Origin: a virus
Direction: 5' to 3' (one strand)
IMG/VR virus record: IMGVR_UViG_3300044641_001047
Coordinates: 1-64,000 of that record
Length of the DNA stretch: 64,000 nt
Shown: one piece after another, positions 27,801-38,000 of the stretch
Layout of the letters: each line of letters opens with the position of its first letter
Position numbering within the stretch: the stretch's first letter is position 1
Made by a program: the position numbers and the translations under genes
Notes under the pieces: model-generated
The model's database searches: none
What the model saw: only the letters and a program-made list of their open reading frames with translations
What the model was told of the DNA's origin: nothing

Positions 27801-29766
27801 GGAGTATATTTTTAAGTCTTTGATTGTATAGATCTTGGGCAGCTTTTTGAATTTTCTGCTCTTTGTTCATGGTTAGTTTAGCAAGTCCAGATTGATTAGG
27901 GCTCATAAATTGAATAATGTTATCCAATCTTTTCCCCATATCTGAATACTTCTTCATCTCTCCTTTCCACTCTTCTACAATCCCTGACTGAGTTTTACCT
28001 CCTGATTGCTCCAGTAATGGCTTAGACTTATCATAGCCATTTAAATCCATGAAGTCAGCTTCAGGCATTTTGGCCATGTCATCTAGTTTCTCATAAGCTA
28101 GATCTATAGCATCGAGATTATCAAACATGATTGCATGCTGAGCCATGAAGTTTTTACGTAGCTCGTTTGCAAGCTTGTAGTTACCAAGATCAGTAGCAGC
28201 TTTTAGAGCAGCAGAGAATTGTGCTAATTCCTTTTTCTGCTCAAAGCTCTTTCTCATGTTTAAGAAAGTCTCAGAGTTTGTAATGGCCAACAGCTTTTCT
28301 GTATTAGCTTTAACCATTGCTCTTTGTTTAGCAGCTGTTCCAAATGATGTGCTGGTTGCACCCATACCTCCACCAATAAGAGCACCTAGCAGCATGCTCT
28401 CTATTCCATCTGCAGTTCCAAAGGTTTTAGATAGCCCTCTTACTGCAGCTCCTGTCATATCTTCTACCCCAGAATCAAATTTATTCTTGTAGTAATCTAT
28501 TGCAGTCTCTCCAATCATGAACTGAGCACCTTCTTGGAAAGCCTCTGTTAAAGAATTCTCATAGATAGGGGCTGTATATTTTTGAGCTCTATTTAAAAAT
28601 CTTCCAACTCCCGTTGTTGGAAGAGATACTATTCTTTTACCTGCTTGGTCTAAAACAGTTTCTGCTGTAGCTCTTTCCCCAATTTTAACTCCTCTTGCAG
28701 CATTGCCAAACATTAAAAGATTGCTAGTCATAAGAACAGGCATATTCCACCCAAAAGTAAAGTTCTCTACAGCTCTAGCTTCTTCATTTATCCTCTCTCT
28801 ATCACTAGCAGGCATATCCTCTAATGACATTCCTGGGTTATTCTCAAGCCACTCAGACTCTCTTTCCTGAATAAATTGTTTAGACTTTTCTCTAGCTTCT
28901 ACAGAAGACTCAGCAAGAGACATCATGGCCCCTACTTCTAGAGTTTTAGCAGCATTTAAGGTTCTAGCTATATTCCCATATTTAGCAATATCAGCGGTAA
29001 GTTTTGTACCAGTAGCTATCATTTTAGAGGCAGCATATATATTCTTCATAGCCTCCCCTGTAGACACAAGTTTACCTACTTGTCCTGCTCTTCCTGCTGC
29101 AGCCATAGCTTTACCAGCTAAATTAACACCTCTTCCTAATAGCCCAGCTCCACCACTCATCCATGCAGTTGCTAATGATCCTAGTGAATATCCTAATCCA
29201 TTGGCAAATTTATCTGTCCAAAAGTTAGCACTTCCTAAGTTATCCAGCATGCTACGGTCTGGATCTAACTCTGCTTTAGTGTAGTAGTGTGGAAGGTTTT
29301 CACTCATCCATTCATTTGCACTATCTACACTTCTTCCTACAGGATTATTTGCATATGTACCTCCAGCAAGCATAGAGCCTATTCCCCCGATAATACCTAT
29401 GGTATTTTCTGCTACTGCCCCTACTATAGTGGCCCCCATTTTAAGAGCACCGTATCCTAACTTTTGACCAATGCCTTGGTTCTCTGCTCGAATCTCATTC
29501 CAGTCTGCATATGGACTAAGAGGGACTTTATAGCTAGCATAGTTAGCTATTGGATCAGTATAGACATTTGTAAGATCTATAGATCGTGCTTGTAAGTCTA
29601 GACCAGAAAGTTCGTATGGAGATTCCTTAGCCTTAGGGGCAAGTGGTTCACCTACAAATTCTGAGAAGCTACTTAGAGCATCTTTTGGCTTAGATAATTC
29701 TTTTACTGGTAGTCCAGTAAACTTACTAAAACTTTCTAATGGTGCACTTTCTGTTGGTTCTGCCAT
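21826..29766 (-). CDS. Giant virion-ejected multidomain protein: N-terminal membrane-like helices, internal P-loop kinase domain, C-terminal PD-(D/E)XK nuclease domain
   Basis: 2646 aa. Gly/Ala hydrophobic helices in the first ~480 aa; GTSGSGKST/SPDDMR/VFDTTN kinase motifs; GKLVH..AGTFD..YDIKT..QLSVY nuclease motifs; acidic linkers. Confidence 0.8.
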   Translation of the reverse strand: MAEPTESAPLESFSKFTGLPVKELSKPKDALSSFSEFVGEPLAPKAKESPYELSGLDLQARSIDLTNVYTDPIANYASYKVPLSPYADWNEIRAENQGIGQKLGYGALKMGATIVGAVAENTIGIIGGIGSMLAGGTYANNPVGRSVDSANEWMSENLPHYYTKAELDPDRSMLDNLGSANFWTDKFANGLGYSLGSLATAWMSGGAGLLGRGVNLAGKAMAAAGRAGQVGKLVSTGEAMKNIYAASKMIATGTKLTADIAKYGNIARTLNAAKTLEVGAMMSLAESSVEAREKSKQFIQERESEWLENNPGMSLEDMPASDRERINEEARAVENFTFGWNMPVLMTSNLLMFGNAARGVKIGERATAETVLDQAGKRIVSLPTTGVGRFLNRAQKYTAPIYENSLTEAFQEGAQFMIGETAIDYYKNKFDSGVEDMTGAAVRGLSKTFGTADGIESMLLGALIGGGMGATSTSFGTAAKQRAMVKANTEKLLAITNSETFLNMRKSFEQKKELAQFSAALKAATDLGNYKLANELRKNFMAQHAIMFDNLDAIDLAYEKLDDMAKMPEADFMDLNGYDKSKPLLEQSGGKTQSGIVEEWKGEMKKYSDMGKRLDNIIQFMSPNQSGLAKLTMNKEQKIQKAAQDLYNQRLKNILLTNMISMETRDEEINDAYEKLVSLSPALKNFDRNKLVTLIKRNQITADAQGNLVLPKSLVDVSVSDVEEQEKKEGEPKPDPTTEEAAKKKNIKENESLTGALRTAVEESETLDKLQKMDFDKALADFITGIYTRELASTAFDELIKSPEKREIVLAAKQAAEQRAKVAKSNKEADSIVDNADSTRELDELIDHENLSPEMKAKVRKKYKELKAIEDKYMKDYQDIPLEVLEELVADIESIEEESPAKAAALLAVLEAKKNESLEQKDIKEGELTPAEAAAKKEAEDALKKGFSEEADEKADPDLSGKVYENSFALLSTDGRTIRVNGTVYQNLNENPVDAIRYGYEWDMQSETPAADDNTKTPIEGLNERLDGYGNAKVVLPSDFYEGARPKGRLNAFKASMGKVADNLIVLADLNLNEFDFLSEEDKKRLDALRPLAGELSKINTTDISSADRRTVAVEKRYAALTNQLANEFVDIIGKHVEQQLGKKITSSKPKTSSTSTTTKADIILPIGTSGSGKSTFIKSLPQENLVVISPDDMRAEFTGDINDKSKDKEIYIEAAKRAVEAVKNGKQVVFDTTNLTKEKRRPFIEAVKKAIPGANIQYKLMPLNAELAKQRIKADIAAGVNRANVSDETIDRHAASYPQMLEDIKTEGITEYKPASALTGSIIVSQVVLHNEQNQTVEFKDTVAKELAEIILMAYQSQGTIESLGLSEVELRKQIQSRLNALQNLSEALRSKAKYDPNVITDKALQKLMDSHRTHLLDILSVYNMAKEKFMRQGKTMAEMNQDPDVQRARAMYSTTLKAFQAITKDYFKRTQLSPVSEPTEDQGGQMSEEAENEIKNKIGEAELLIDLANETIIGLEQQIAALDASIKLGMASPVNGEKIEKLTKDLEVARAEREIQQSHKNKLTEEYEYRKSSQASKDVQDSQRASQLAQEQGSGTTNQGAVQVPEGETVDVNEVAPLLPEIIDNPVFIETGETQDIFNSKSFETEEEETPDDSDPEEDEGNIQFRKKTVHEEVKNSENQSSIAVIKTQHEYANGYDNILVDEDGTPIPNSSYYGTNGKDGRQQFELKNGKWVPIQIFPELLTDSDIVENGAEVRFEVNPETEWWQKFVKNNPNVSESEYWKNIPIFVAVRTKDGFKRVGLLEGYNPSNPSRSMDRETIYNLWDNGKIPTTILTNKYVDSQNIANAATEDGNVFFFDPVPVDEDGNILYTPTLLVARTYKKEPKWEVTNRGDVLKEDETIPGDLLSRLSTADLGKVAILVRTPNGDLSYIRATTKKMTEVGYNAVVEAITDDRAGDVAEIVGFNEVAEAAIDDANRNLIFEQVYGEKSDPEAPRGYTFWLPSAETYITISSDQLALALTEPDSFVKFQFVEAVRGEEGGLNFEPIEGRSDWTAHMGSIASAFKEAIMKRRYQVDINLLTENPEYESKVTGLVYASYLDYLTHPDEISDMEKDQGHSGILSSDVYLNPKTFSPYFDVVMNFGEITDEKGFKAQAAENEKPTTSRTVTKAKITKQEPLVKEQEDYTNESDMDEEDNQVDSTNALLDDDEIGEVAKRIEEEEEEEQEDTDSNSSSLEKAINRRRTKTVETEEDDEKVVVGKKIKSQGLSGTIAEVEEEKGDPMVEILTDIKKNQHREEMKKDPVTGEETHYIINGEEYERASKMTSEPFTGSAETQKASSSAGKLVHSLVENLLMGKPATKPAGVSSVAYLDLITQAKAIQSMLRGRGETVIAVEMVVYNTDPNYPNIAGTFDILTKDRKGEYRIYDIKTLTASGLENYEETKYGRSKRDQHGAQLSVYAYMFNGHAKQNNVSTMVRKGSTLLIPLRYDDDGTILKVSNFVEKKFTLNLNFGDVLDKKVSFAYKEAKKSSDPAIANHSKKKSPVKNITKKVREVEEDEDEDEDTSTEDGGEITKDNIAKSIISAKASNGPSGDGAAQLKAQIIQMGAMDNASFVFFVKQMLDIDINEKEAKKIQEEVVNKLCNKKKK

Positions 29767-29767
29767 G

Positions 29768-32059
29768 TTAAAACTTTATTTTTCCTGTTCCTACTATTTG
29801 CTGTACATCTGGATCGTCGATTGCTCTAAACATTGTACTTGGGTTTCCATTTGCACTTTGGAATATAGGAGCACCTAAGTCATCAGAGAAACTTATTGTT
29901 GGATTATTATCTCCAACACTTCTAATAGTTAGTTTTCCAGGTACCTCTCTTGTATAAGTTTGATTCGTAAGCCTGTCTACTTCAGATTTTTCTATATAGA
30001 TATCTCTAGTGTAAATTTTAGGATTATTTACATTCCCACCTCTTGGGGCTTCCATTTGAACTACACTAGCAAGTATAACAGTTGGGTCACTAAGCTTTCT
30101 TAAAATTGGCAAGTTAGCAGTTAAGTAAGCCCCATCTACGTGTACTGTCTTGAATTTATTAACAGCATCTGGATTTTTAGTTTCTAGGATCATTTCCCAC
30201 GTATTGGTATTTGGATCCCATCCGTAATCTTTAACTACGAATCCATCTAGTATAGCAGGATTTGTTATCTTTTGTCCTGCAGATACGTCGTAAGCAGTAG
30301 GAATTGCTACAGCACTTATTGACTTTCCTAGTAAAAAGTCATCTAGAGCTTTTGTAATGGCTATATTTTCCTGGGCATTACCAGTTTGAATTGTTCCATA
30401 GTTGAATACAGAAGATGTTTTAATCTCTGCAAACTTTGCATCAATTTTATCTTTATATACAGATTTAAATTTGTCTACAACTACTTCCGAAGTATTTAGT
30501 TGTTCACCTATAGTTGCATCATAGTTATAGGTTCCTGTACCATATAAGTGAGCTTCAAGTGCTGTAGCACCGTATTTACTATTAAATATTTTCTCGAAGT
30601 CTTTATAATCTTGATCGTCTTTATTATCAAAGGTCGTTAAAATTCTCTGGTATATTTCACCTGGAGATGCCCCTTGCATTTGATCTTTAAATATACTTAC
30701 AATTTTAGGATCTTGTTTTTCCAAATCATCCATAGAAATAGAAGAGCCAGAGGCTTCATTTATTAAGTATTTCTGGTGATTTATCTTTGCAGTATTTGCT
30801 CTTTTTTCGGCAAGCAAGTTTTCTTTTTGTTTTTGAGATAGATTACTTCCTGGACCTACTTCTATGTCGATGTCCCTATTTCTAGCTTCTAGAGAGGAAA
30901 TGGTTTGCATTTTTTCACTAAGTGTTGCCCCACCTACCATATTTGCTGTTACCTCAGAATTTTTATAGATTGGTACATTGTTCTTAGCTGCCTCCATAGC
31001 TTCTTTTCTACGTTCCATGTAAATAGGATCATACTCGTATATAGTACTAGACTTAGTATTTTTATATGCATACTGCATTGCTAAATCCCTTGTAGGATTA
31101 ATTATCTCCTGTTCTATTTTGGATTTTACGTAATTATAAGATGTAGTAGGATCTTTAGCTGCTTCTGTGGCACTGTTTATCTCAGACTGCATTATATTTA
31201 TAGCCTTTTGATACTGTGCTTTTTCAGAAGCAGACATCGTTTTAGAAGCCATCTCTTTCTTATAACCTTCTATTATTTTACCATACTGGTCAATTGTAGC
31301 CTGTATGGTTTGTGGCATAGCTCCTGATTTTTGAATATCATATGTCCTCATATCAGCTTTTTGCTGAACGGCCATTTTAACATCAGGATCAGCCATTACA
31401 TAGTCAAAAGCTTTTTGAACCTCTTCTGGGGTAACCTGTTCAACTCCGTATTCGTTAGTTACTGTATACTTTCCGTCAGGTCCTACCGAAAGTTTGTTAC
31501 TTTTATTGTCGTACTTATCTGGTTTTATAATAGCTAAAGCTTTTGTTAGCTTATCCATTACATCTACATCATTGTAGATGGTAGGGGCAGAAAACATTGA
31601 ACCCTCTTTTACTCTTCCAGTATTAGGATCCATCTCGAATCCTTTATAGTCTCTGGTTATATATGAACCAGATCTAGCATAGGTTTCAGCATCAATGCTT
31701 TTCTTATCATACCTATCTTGTAGATCCTTTAGAGCAGCTTGATATCTATCGTAGTTTTCTTTTATAGGGGCATACTTTTTACTAAAATCTTTTGCTGCTC
31801 TGTGTACAGCAAACCCAAGATTCTCATAGTCACCTCTCTCTGATAGAGATGTTAGAGTTTTATCTATCTCACCCTGCAGTTCTTTTTTTCTATTAACATC
31901 ATTCTCAAATGGCAAAGCAGCCTGCATTTGATCTACTGCCAAGGCTAACTCATCATTTGCTTTAAAATTATCTAGATACCTATTACGTAGTATTTCAGAG
32001 ATCTTTACAGATTGAGGATCTACATAAGTACTGACATACTCACCAAACTGATACGGCAT
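29768..32059 (-). CDS. Putative internal virion (cargo/ejection) protein
   Basis: 763 aa, helical, no Cys seen. Lies between cargo protein 1 and the giant trio, as in other crAss-like phages. Confidence 0.65.
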   Translation of the reverse strand: MPYQFGEYVSTYVDPQSVKISEILRNRYLDNFKANDELALAVDQMQAALPFENDVNRKKELQGEIDKTLTSLSERGDYENLGFAVHRAAKDFSKKYAPIKENYDRYQAALKDLQDRYDKKSIDAETYARSGSYITRDYKGFEMDPNTGRVKEGSMFSAPTIYNDVDVMDKLTKALAIIKPDKYDNKSNKLSVGPDGKYTVTNEYGVEQVTPEEVQKAFDYVMADPDVKMAVQQKADMRTYDIQKSGAMPQTIQATIDQYGKIIEGYKKEMASKTMSASEKAQYQKAINIMQSEINSATEAAKDPTTSYNYVKSKIEQEIINPTRDLAMQYAYKNTKSSTIYEYDPIYMERRKEAMEAAKNNVPIYKNSEVTANMVGGATLSEKMQTISSLEARNRDIDIEVGPGSNLSQKQKENLLAEKRANTAKINHQKYLINEASGSSISMDDLEKQDPKIVSIFKDQMQGASPGEIYQRILTTFDNKDDQDYKDFEKIFNSKYGATALEAHLYGTGTYNYDATIGEQLNTSEVVVDKFKSVYKDKIDAKFAEIKTSSVFNYGTIQTGNAQENIAITKALDDFLLGKSISAVAIPTAYDVSAGQKITNPAILDGFVVKDYGWDPNTNTWEMILETKNPDAVNKFKTVHVDGAYLTANLPILRKLSDPTVILASVVQMEAPRGGNVNNPKIYTRDIYIEKSEVDRLTNQTYTREVPGKLTIRSVGDNNPTISFSDDLGAPIFQSANGNPSTMFRAIDDPDVQQIVGTGKIKF

Positions 32060-32064
32060 AGCTT

Positions 32065-35064
32065 TTAGATATTAAATGTTTTTTTACCCTTTGATAATTG
32101 GCCGAGACGACTTGTATATTTTCTAGCTCCCCCCATCTTTTGAGTATTCTTATCCTCTTCTTCTTTTTTACCAAACATGCTTTGATTAACAGTATTAGAA
32201 GCAATCTTTTTCAATTTATCATCACTCATACCATAGTAAGGAGAGTCTTTTCTTTTAGATTCTCTTTTAAGATTCTCGTAAACAGTCCTACGATTGTATG
32301 ATCCTGTTTCATCAAGTGCATCAGCAAGACGTTCTTGAGCTCTATAGGATCTCTCATCTTTAACAATACCAGCAATACGGCCTGCTGCTTTATCTAAAGC
32401 ACCAAGAATCTCTTCCCTCTTATATCTCTTCTCATCAATCTTCAATTTAGCTTCTTGAATACCAGCTTCAAGATTAGCTTTATTAACTGCAAGTCTATTT
32501 TCTACATTAGCCATGTTAGCTCTTTGGGCCATAGCTGCATTAGTTGTAGATGCCTCTTGTCCAAGCTTTGCTTCTTCTGCAGCAAGTTGCTTATTAGCTT
32601 CTTGCTCTTGATTAGCAATTGTAAGCATCTGAGTATTTTGTGCTGTATTAGCAGCCATCATAGCAGCTATACCTCCAGGACCTGCATTGGTATTTTGAAT
32701 TGCATTTTTAATTGCTACAGTATTTCTTTCTGCTGCAGCTCTTTCAGCATTCATATTAACTCTAGGAAGAATGGCACCTCTAACACTACCAGCTCCAACA
32801 TTTCCTCCACCTACCATTCTAGGGAGATTACCTTCGGTCTTATATTTATTAAATAATGCATATCCTACAGGAACTAATTGTCCAAGACCTGCAAGTAAAG
32901 AACCGTTAATTCCTCTTCTAGTATCTGCTACTTGTAAATCAGTAGTTTTTTCAGATTTTGGTAAGCCTGTATCTTTAGTTAAGTCTATTTCAGCTTTTTT
33001 AATAGGCTCGTCTAATCCTCCTTTTGTTGGTATATCTTTTAGATTTGCTACATAAAGTCTAGATGTAGCAGTCTGCTCACCAAATTTACCATCTTCTTTA
33101 AGTTTTTCCCCACTTCTAACTCGGCTATTATATTCTTTTTGGAAGTTTAGAACTTGATCTTTATTAGAAGGATCAAAGTTTGAAAAGTCAAACCAAGGAT
33201 TAGCAGCCTTCATATCTGCATATTGTGCCTCAGTAACATTTCCGTAGAATTTAGCACCTTCATGTTGACCACTAGGAACTCCCTGCATAGATGTACTTGT
33301 ACCATATTCACCTGCTGCAAGAGGTCGTGTTCCTTCTGGGAATCCTGCAGTTTGGTATGTTTTAACCATACCACTATTAGTAGTACGTTTGCCAGGAGCA
33401 GCAGACTGTTGATCACGTGGAGCCATAGCATTAGCTTTATTAACATCTCTAAGTGTTACATTAGCTGCATCCATGTTAGATTGGGCCATAGCTGATTGTT
33501 CTGGTCCAGCCATTTTGTAATGGTGAATACCACCATAAGCTGCTATTTGCTCAGGGCCTCTATCTGGTTCTTTCTTGCTAGCTACAGCTTCTTGCATTTT
33601 AGCAAGTCTTTGGATGTCTGCCTGACTGCCACCAGATTTTAGAATCTCTTTATGTCTTTTAGCAAATGACTTACCACCAAGTTTAAGGTAAGATGAGAAG
33701 AAGTAATCATTAGGCTTACCACCATTCATCATTACCTGATCCATAGTCTCTCCACCTTCTACTTCAGTTTTAGGATCAATCATTATTCCTCCTTGAGAGT
33801 GTTTTCTTCCAACAAACTCTACTGCATCAGAACCTTTGATAGGGACAATTTGTCCCCCTGGAACTTTTCTAGCTCCACCAGTTTCTCCATAGAAAGAACT
33901 AGTAGGCTGCATGTTCATATTAGTTGAAGTATTGTACCCAAAGCCAGTTTGCATTCCCATAAGTCTAGATCCAGTAAATGCTTGATTATATCTTTGGGCT
34001 AAGATATCTTTCTGCTTTGTAAGCTCTGCTTTTCTTTTTCTTTCAGCTTCTGCTCTTTCTGCTTCAAGTCTTCTTTGCTCTTCAGCGTATTCATCAGCAA
34101 TTCTTTTAGACTCTTTGTTTTCTTTTCTTGCCTTAATCAATCCACCTATTGCTCCTACTGCTCCACCAATTATTGCTCCTCCTACTGTTCCTATTGGACC
34201 ACCAGCACTACCGATTATAGATCCCAGTGCTGCTCCTCCTCCAACTCCCGCACCAGCAACTTTCATTGCTTCTCCTAGTGTATTTCTTCTCCCTTCTTTT
34301 CCAGTAAATGTAGTAGGGTCATTATCGTCTCCACTTTTTTCAACTAACATTCCCCCAATATTTAAACCTAGGCCAATACCTGCAGTTGCTAATCCAGTTC
34401 CTATGCTAGCTCCTGTACCAGCTACATTTGCACCTGTACTAGCGGCAGTTGAACCTGCTGTATTAGTTAGTCCAGGTACAATTACATTTCCAACATCATC
34501 CACAAGTTGGGTAGCCGCTGCACTTGCCATTCCAGAACCACTTGCTGCAGCTGTTGATAAAGCAGGAGTAGCTGCATTAATAGCTGTAGGGGCTGCTGAA
34601 CTTACTCCACTAGCTATTGCAGAGGTGGCTCCAGTAGTTAGTGCATTAGTAGCAGTTTTTGTAGCAGCTTCCTCTGCAGCTTTTTGTGCAGCTTTTTGTT
34701 TAAAGTAGCTTGTAGTTAACTCTAGTCCTGAGGTTAGCCCAGATGAAAGAGAGGAATTAACTTCTTGTTGATTAGCAAGTTTTGTCTCAGCTTTAACTTG
34801 ATCTAAAGCTGCTTTTTCACTTGCTTCTCTTGCTTTTCTATCTGCATCTACTTTAATTTGTTCAGCAGCTGCAAAGTCCCCTAAGGATATAGCTTCTTTA
34901 TAAGCTCTGTCAGCCTCTTGTGCAGATTGCTCAGAGAAAGTACCACTTATATAGTAAGGATTGGCTACTTGTTGATAGGTTGAAGAGTTAGCTCCAGCGA
35001 ACTGATACTTCTTAACTAATTGTTTAGTAGCTGGTTTAGATTTAGTTATGGTTTTTCTAGCCAT
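32065..35064 (-). CDS. Cargo protein 1-like ejection protein with glycine-zipper transmembrane helices and possible peptidoglycan-binding remnant
   Basis: 999 aa, immediately after the muzzle gene. Contains GAGVGGGAALGSIIG..GAIIGGAVGAIGG, G.KHSQGGI...EVEGGET, and FQKEYN...EDGKFGEQT. Confidence 0.72.
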   Translation of the reverse strand: MARKTITKSKPATKQLVKKYQFAGANSSTYQQVANPYYISGTFSEQSAQEADRAYKEAISLGDFAAAEQIKVDADRKAREASEKAALDQVKAETKLANQQEVNSSLSSGLTSGLELTTSYFKQKAAQKAAEEAATKTATNALTTGATSAIASGVSSAAPTAINAATPALSTAAASGSGMASAAATQLVDDVGNVIVPGLTNTAGSTAASTGANVAGTGASIGTGLATAGIGLGLNIGGMLVEKSGDDNDPTTFTGKEGRRNTLGEAMKVAGAGVGGGAALGSIIGSAGGPIGTVGGAIIGGAVGAIGGLIKARKENKESKRIADEYAEEQRRLEAERAEAERKRKAELTKQKDILAQRYNQAFTGSRLMGMQTGFGYNTSTNMNMQPTSSFYGETGGARKVPGGQIVPIKGSDAVEFVGRKHSQGGIMIDPKTEVEGGETMDQVMMNGGKPNDYFFSSYLKLGGKSFAKRHKEILKSGGSQADIQRLAKMQEAVASKKEPDRGPEQIAAYGGIHHYKMAGPEQSAMAQSNMDAANVTLRDVNKANAMAPRDQQSAAPGKRTTNSGMVKTYQTAGFPEGTRPLAAGEYGTSTSMQGVPSGQHEGAKFYGNVTEAQYADMKAANPWFDFSNFDPSNKDQVLNFQKEYNSRVRSGEKLKEDGKFGEQTATSRLYVANLKDIPTKGGLDEPIKKAEIDLTKDTGLPKSEKTTDLQVADTRRGINGSLLAGLGQLVPVGYALFNKYKTEGNLPRMVGGGNVGAGSVRGAILPRVNMNAERAAAERNTVAIKNAIQNTNAGPGGIAAMMAANTAQNTQMLTIANQEQEANKQLAAEEAKLGQEASTTNAAMAQRANMANVENRLAVNKANLEAGIQEAKLKIDEKRYKREEILGALDKAAGRIAGIVKDERSYRAQERLADALDETGSYNRRTVYENLKRESKRKDSPYYGMSDDKLKKIASNTVNQSMFGKKEEEDKNTQKMGGARKYTSRLGQLSKGKKTFNI

Positions 35065-35075
35065 TTCGTTAAAGG

Positions 35076-38000
35076 TTATCTAGGTGATACTCTCAGGGCA
35101 GCCGTCACAGTATACAAATTTATCAAATTTTTCGATAAGTTGTTAGCTATTAAACGAATTCCTAAAAATTTATCTACGAACTTTCTTTGTTCGTACCAAG
35201 GTTTATTAGAGTCTATATAATTTGAGTTTATAATTCCTTCAGATAGGAACATAGGTTCAGTTGCAATTGGAGCAGAAGTACTTGTGTAAGGAGTTCCTTG
35301 TACGTTAATCTGTCCTACAGCTAATCCACTGTTACTTACTATTTTAGAAAGGTCCCTGAATGCATTCACATTCCAAGTGTTATCTGTCTTCCTGATATTA
35401 TTCAAATAAACAAAGTCTATCTCTCCAGATATCTGAGTAGTATTGTATACATAGAAGCTTGTGAATCCAGGGCTGAATTGTTGTTCTACAGGAAGAGATG
35501 TGTTAAACTTAGTAAACACATCAGCCGTATACTTAAATCCTGAGTATACAGCATTTACTGGAGCTGTAAAGATACAGTCTATTTCAAAGTTGTAGACTGT
35601 ACCATAAAATCTTCCAGGGTTACTTATATCACTATGTTCATATATACTTGAGGTAAGTCCACCAGGGCTAAGTACTGTACTAAAGCTATACATGTATTTA
35701 GAGTTATAGCCATACAATAGAGGTATATAAGAGTGTCTACTAGCCCATACTGATAGGCTATTAGAGAACGATATTGTCCATCCACCTCTTTCAAAGTATA
35801 GTCCTACCTCTAATGGAATCAATACTCCTCCTGGTAAATTAAAAGTAGCCTTGCCCCTTGAGTATGTTATTGACCCTTGAGTAAACTCATCTATAAATAG
35901 TTGAGTAGGTACAAGTTCTCTTTTAGTAATAAGAGTACGTTTAAACAGAGGATCATAACTAACAAGAAATCCAAAGTCTCCCGTAGGAGCATCGGTAGGT
36001 ATTCCTGCATAATCTGGATCCCATCCATAAGCTTCTAAAGCAAATGGAATGTTCTCCCTAGCCCAAGCATTTATTCCTAGCTGAGTTAAGTCAATAACTT
36101 CATCTTTGACTAAGAAGATTTTACGAGACTTTCTAGCTACAAAGATATACCCATCCTTGGTTACCAATGATCCCATCTTGTTGTATAGGCCGTTGTAACC
36201 TTCTATACTCTGTATGAATTCATCAGGTTCTTGAGCAAACAAGTCTCCAGATCCAATGTAAGCCTGAGTAGCATCCCCAAGTTCAATGTTCTGTTTACCC
36301 TTAGTTCTAAATAAGCTTCTCTCAGTGTGGATGTAAAGGAGAGCTTTTAAGTTGAAGATGTTGGTGATAGGCCCTTTGTTAACTGCAAAGTCTTTGTATT
36401 GAATACCAAGGAAGTATCTATAGGTATCATTAAAGTTACCATCTTGAGTGGCAGATCTAATTACTCTATTAGGGTAAGCAATAGTAACAGTAGTTTCTTT
36501 TGGGAATGCTATTGGTACTCTAATGTCTTGAAGAGCTGAGTAATGATCTTCATACAAGATATTGTCCATTTTAGTTAAGTCTCCGAGAGGGCTTCTATAC
36601 AATACGTCAGCTGCTACATATTTATCGAAGAACATACTGTTTATTTCACTGACTCCTAGTTCAGGATCTCCTGCATGTCGGTAGTTAATGTTATCATCAG
36701 ATTCTACCATATATTGGTAAACTGTAGTGAAGACTTCGAATCCTGATGTACTCCAGTTGTTGTTGTTAAAAATAGAGTTTTTTCTAGCTCCATTAAATTC
36801 ATTTCCAGCTCCTTCTATGACAGAGGGAGTAGCAGTAGAATCAGGAGCTCCTCCCCACCAAAGTACATTGTAATCTACTGCAGTTTGATCGTAGATGTTG
36901 TTTAGATAGCTAGGAGTTTTACCAGTATTCATATCTAGAGGGATATCCCCCCATAGATATGCCATATAGGTTCTTAGATTTATCAAAGTTGAATTCGATG
37001 TTGCTTGGTAAACAGCTTCATTATTTACCCCTTTTTTAAATCTTCCTAGACCATAGAGGTTAGATGTGGTTCTATAGCTATATCTGCAGATATAGGTATC
37101 TCCTCCAAGGATATCTCCAGATTCTGAAGAAGACGATGCATCTCCATAATAATAGTTGCCATCAGCATCTATTCCAGTTGTTATATCTGCAGTTGAGAGA
37201 CTTTTATAGTAACCAGTCCAAACCAGCTGCTGCTTATCAAATGGTTCGAATACATCAGTTTTATTTGAACACAGATTGATTAAATAGGTATTAGGTCTAG
37301 CTTTAGGATTGTTATTTGCGTTTCCTGGAGCATTTGAAACAGCTCCACCTACAACCTGATAATGGTACTGGCCAGCTGGGGGAATAGTAGATAGTACTAG
37401 ATATCCATCATGATCATTTTGACTAAGATTATAAGTATTTAGTACTGTGGCACTAAATGTTGGTCCATCTACTGAATTAACGGTATGTCCTGGAATTATA
37501 TTATTAATATTCCCAGGAGGGTTACTCCATTGAATATCTAACACAAACTGGCCATATGCACTAGCTAGTCTTCCTACTATATTTGCTATAACACTTGAAC
37601 CAGAAGATATAGGAGGAGTTTGAATATTAAATGGTTGTCTAAGACTGCTGTGCCCAGACATCATTACTTTAAGAAATTCATTTTCTACAAAGTACCAATA
37701 CCCATCACCTGTGTTAGTACTACTAACACTACTACTCCATACATTTCCTCTTCTAAAGTTTATATCATGACCGCCAACTAATGTATAAGATGAGCTTGCA
37801 ATAGTATTATCAAGTACATCACCACTACTTATGTTAAATTGTGGATATATTCTTAGACTCCAAATTAAGTTACTTAATCCTACATAGCTCCACTCGTTAG
37901 TTATATATCCCCCTAGCATCGGAAGACCTGAAGCCAAGCTAATAGCTATACAGCTTTCCCCAAATGAATTGTATAAATATGTGGCACCTTTAAATCCAGT

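Noticed and set aside
34115-34708. 197-aa + strand ORF, and similar antisense ORFs (27263-27823, 28925-29284, 53368-54210, 55591-55935)
   Set aside because: They are shadows of strongly biased minus-strand genes, with low-complexity translations and no start context
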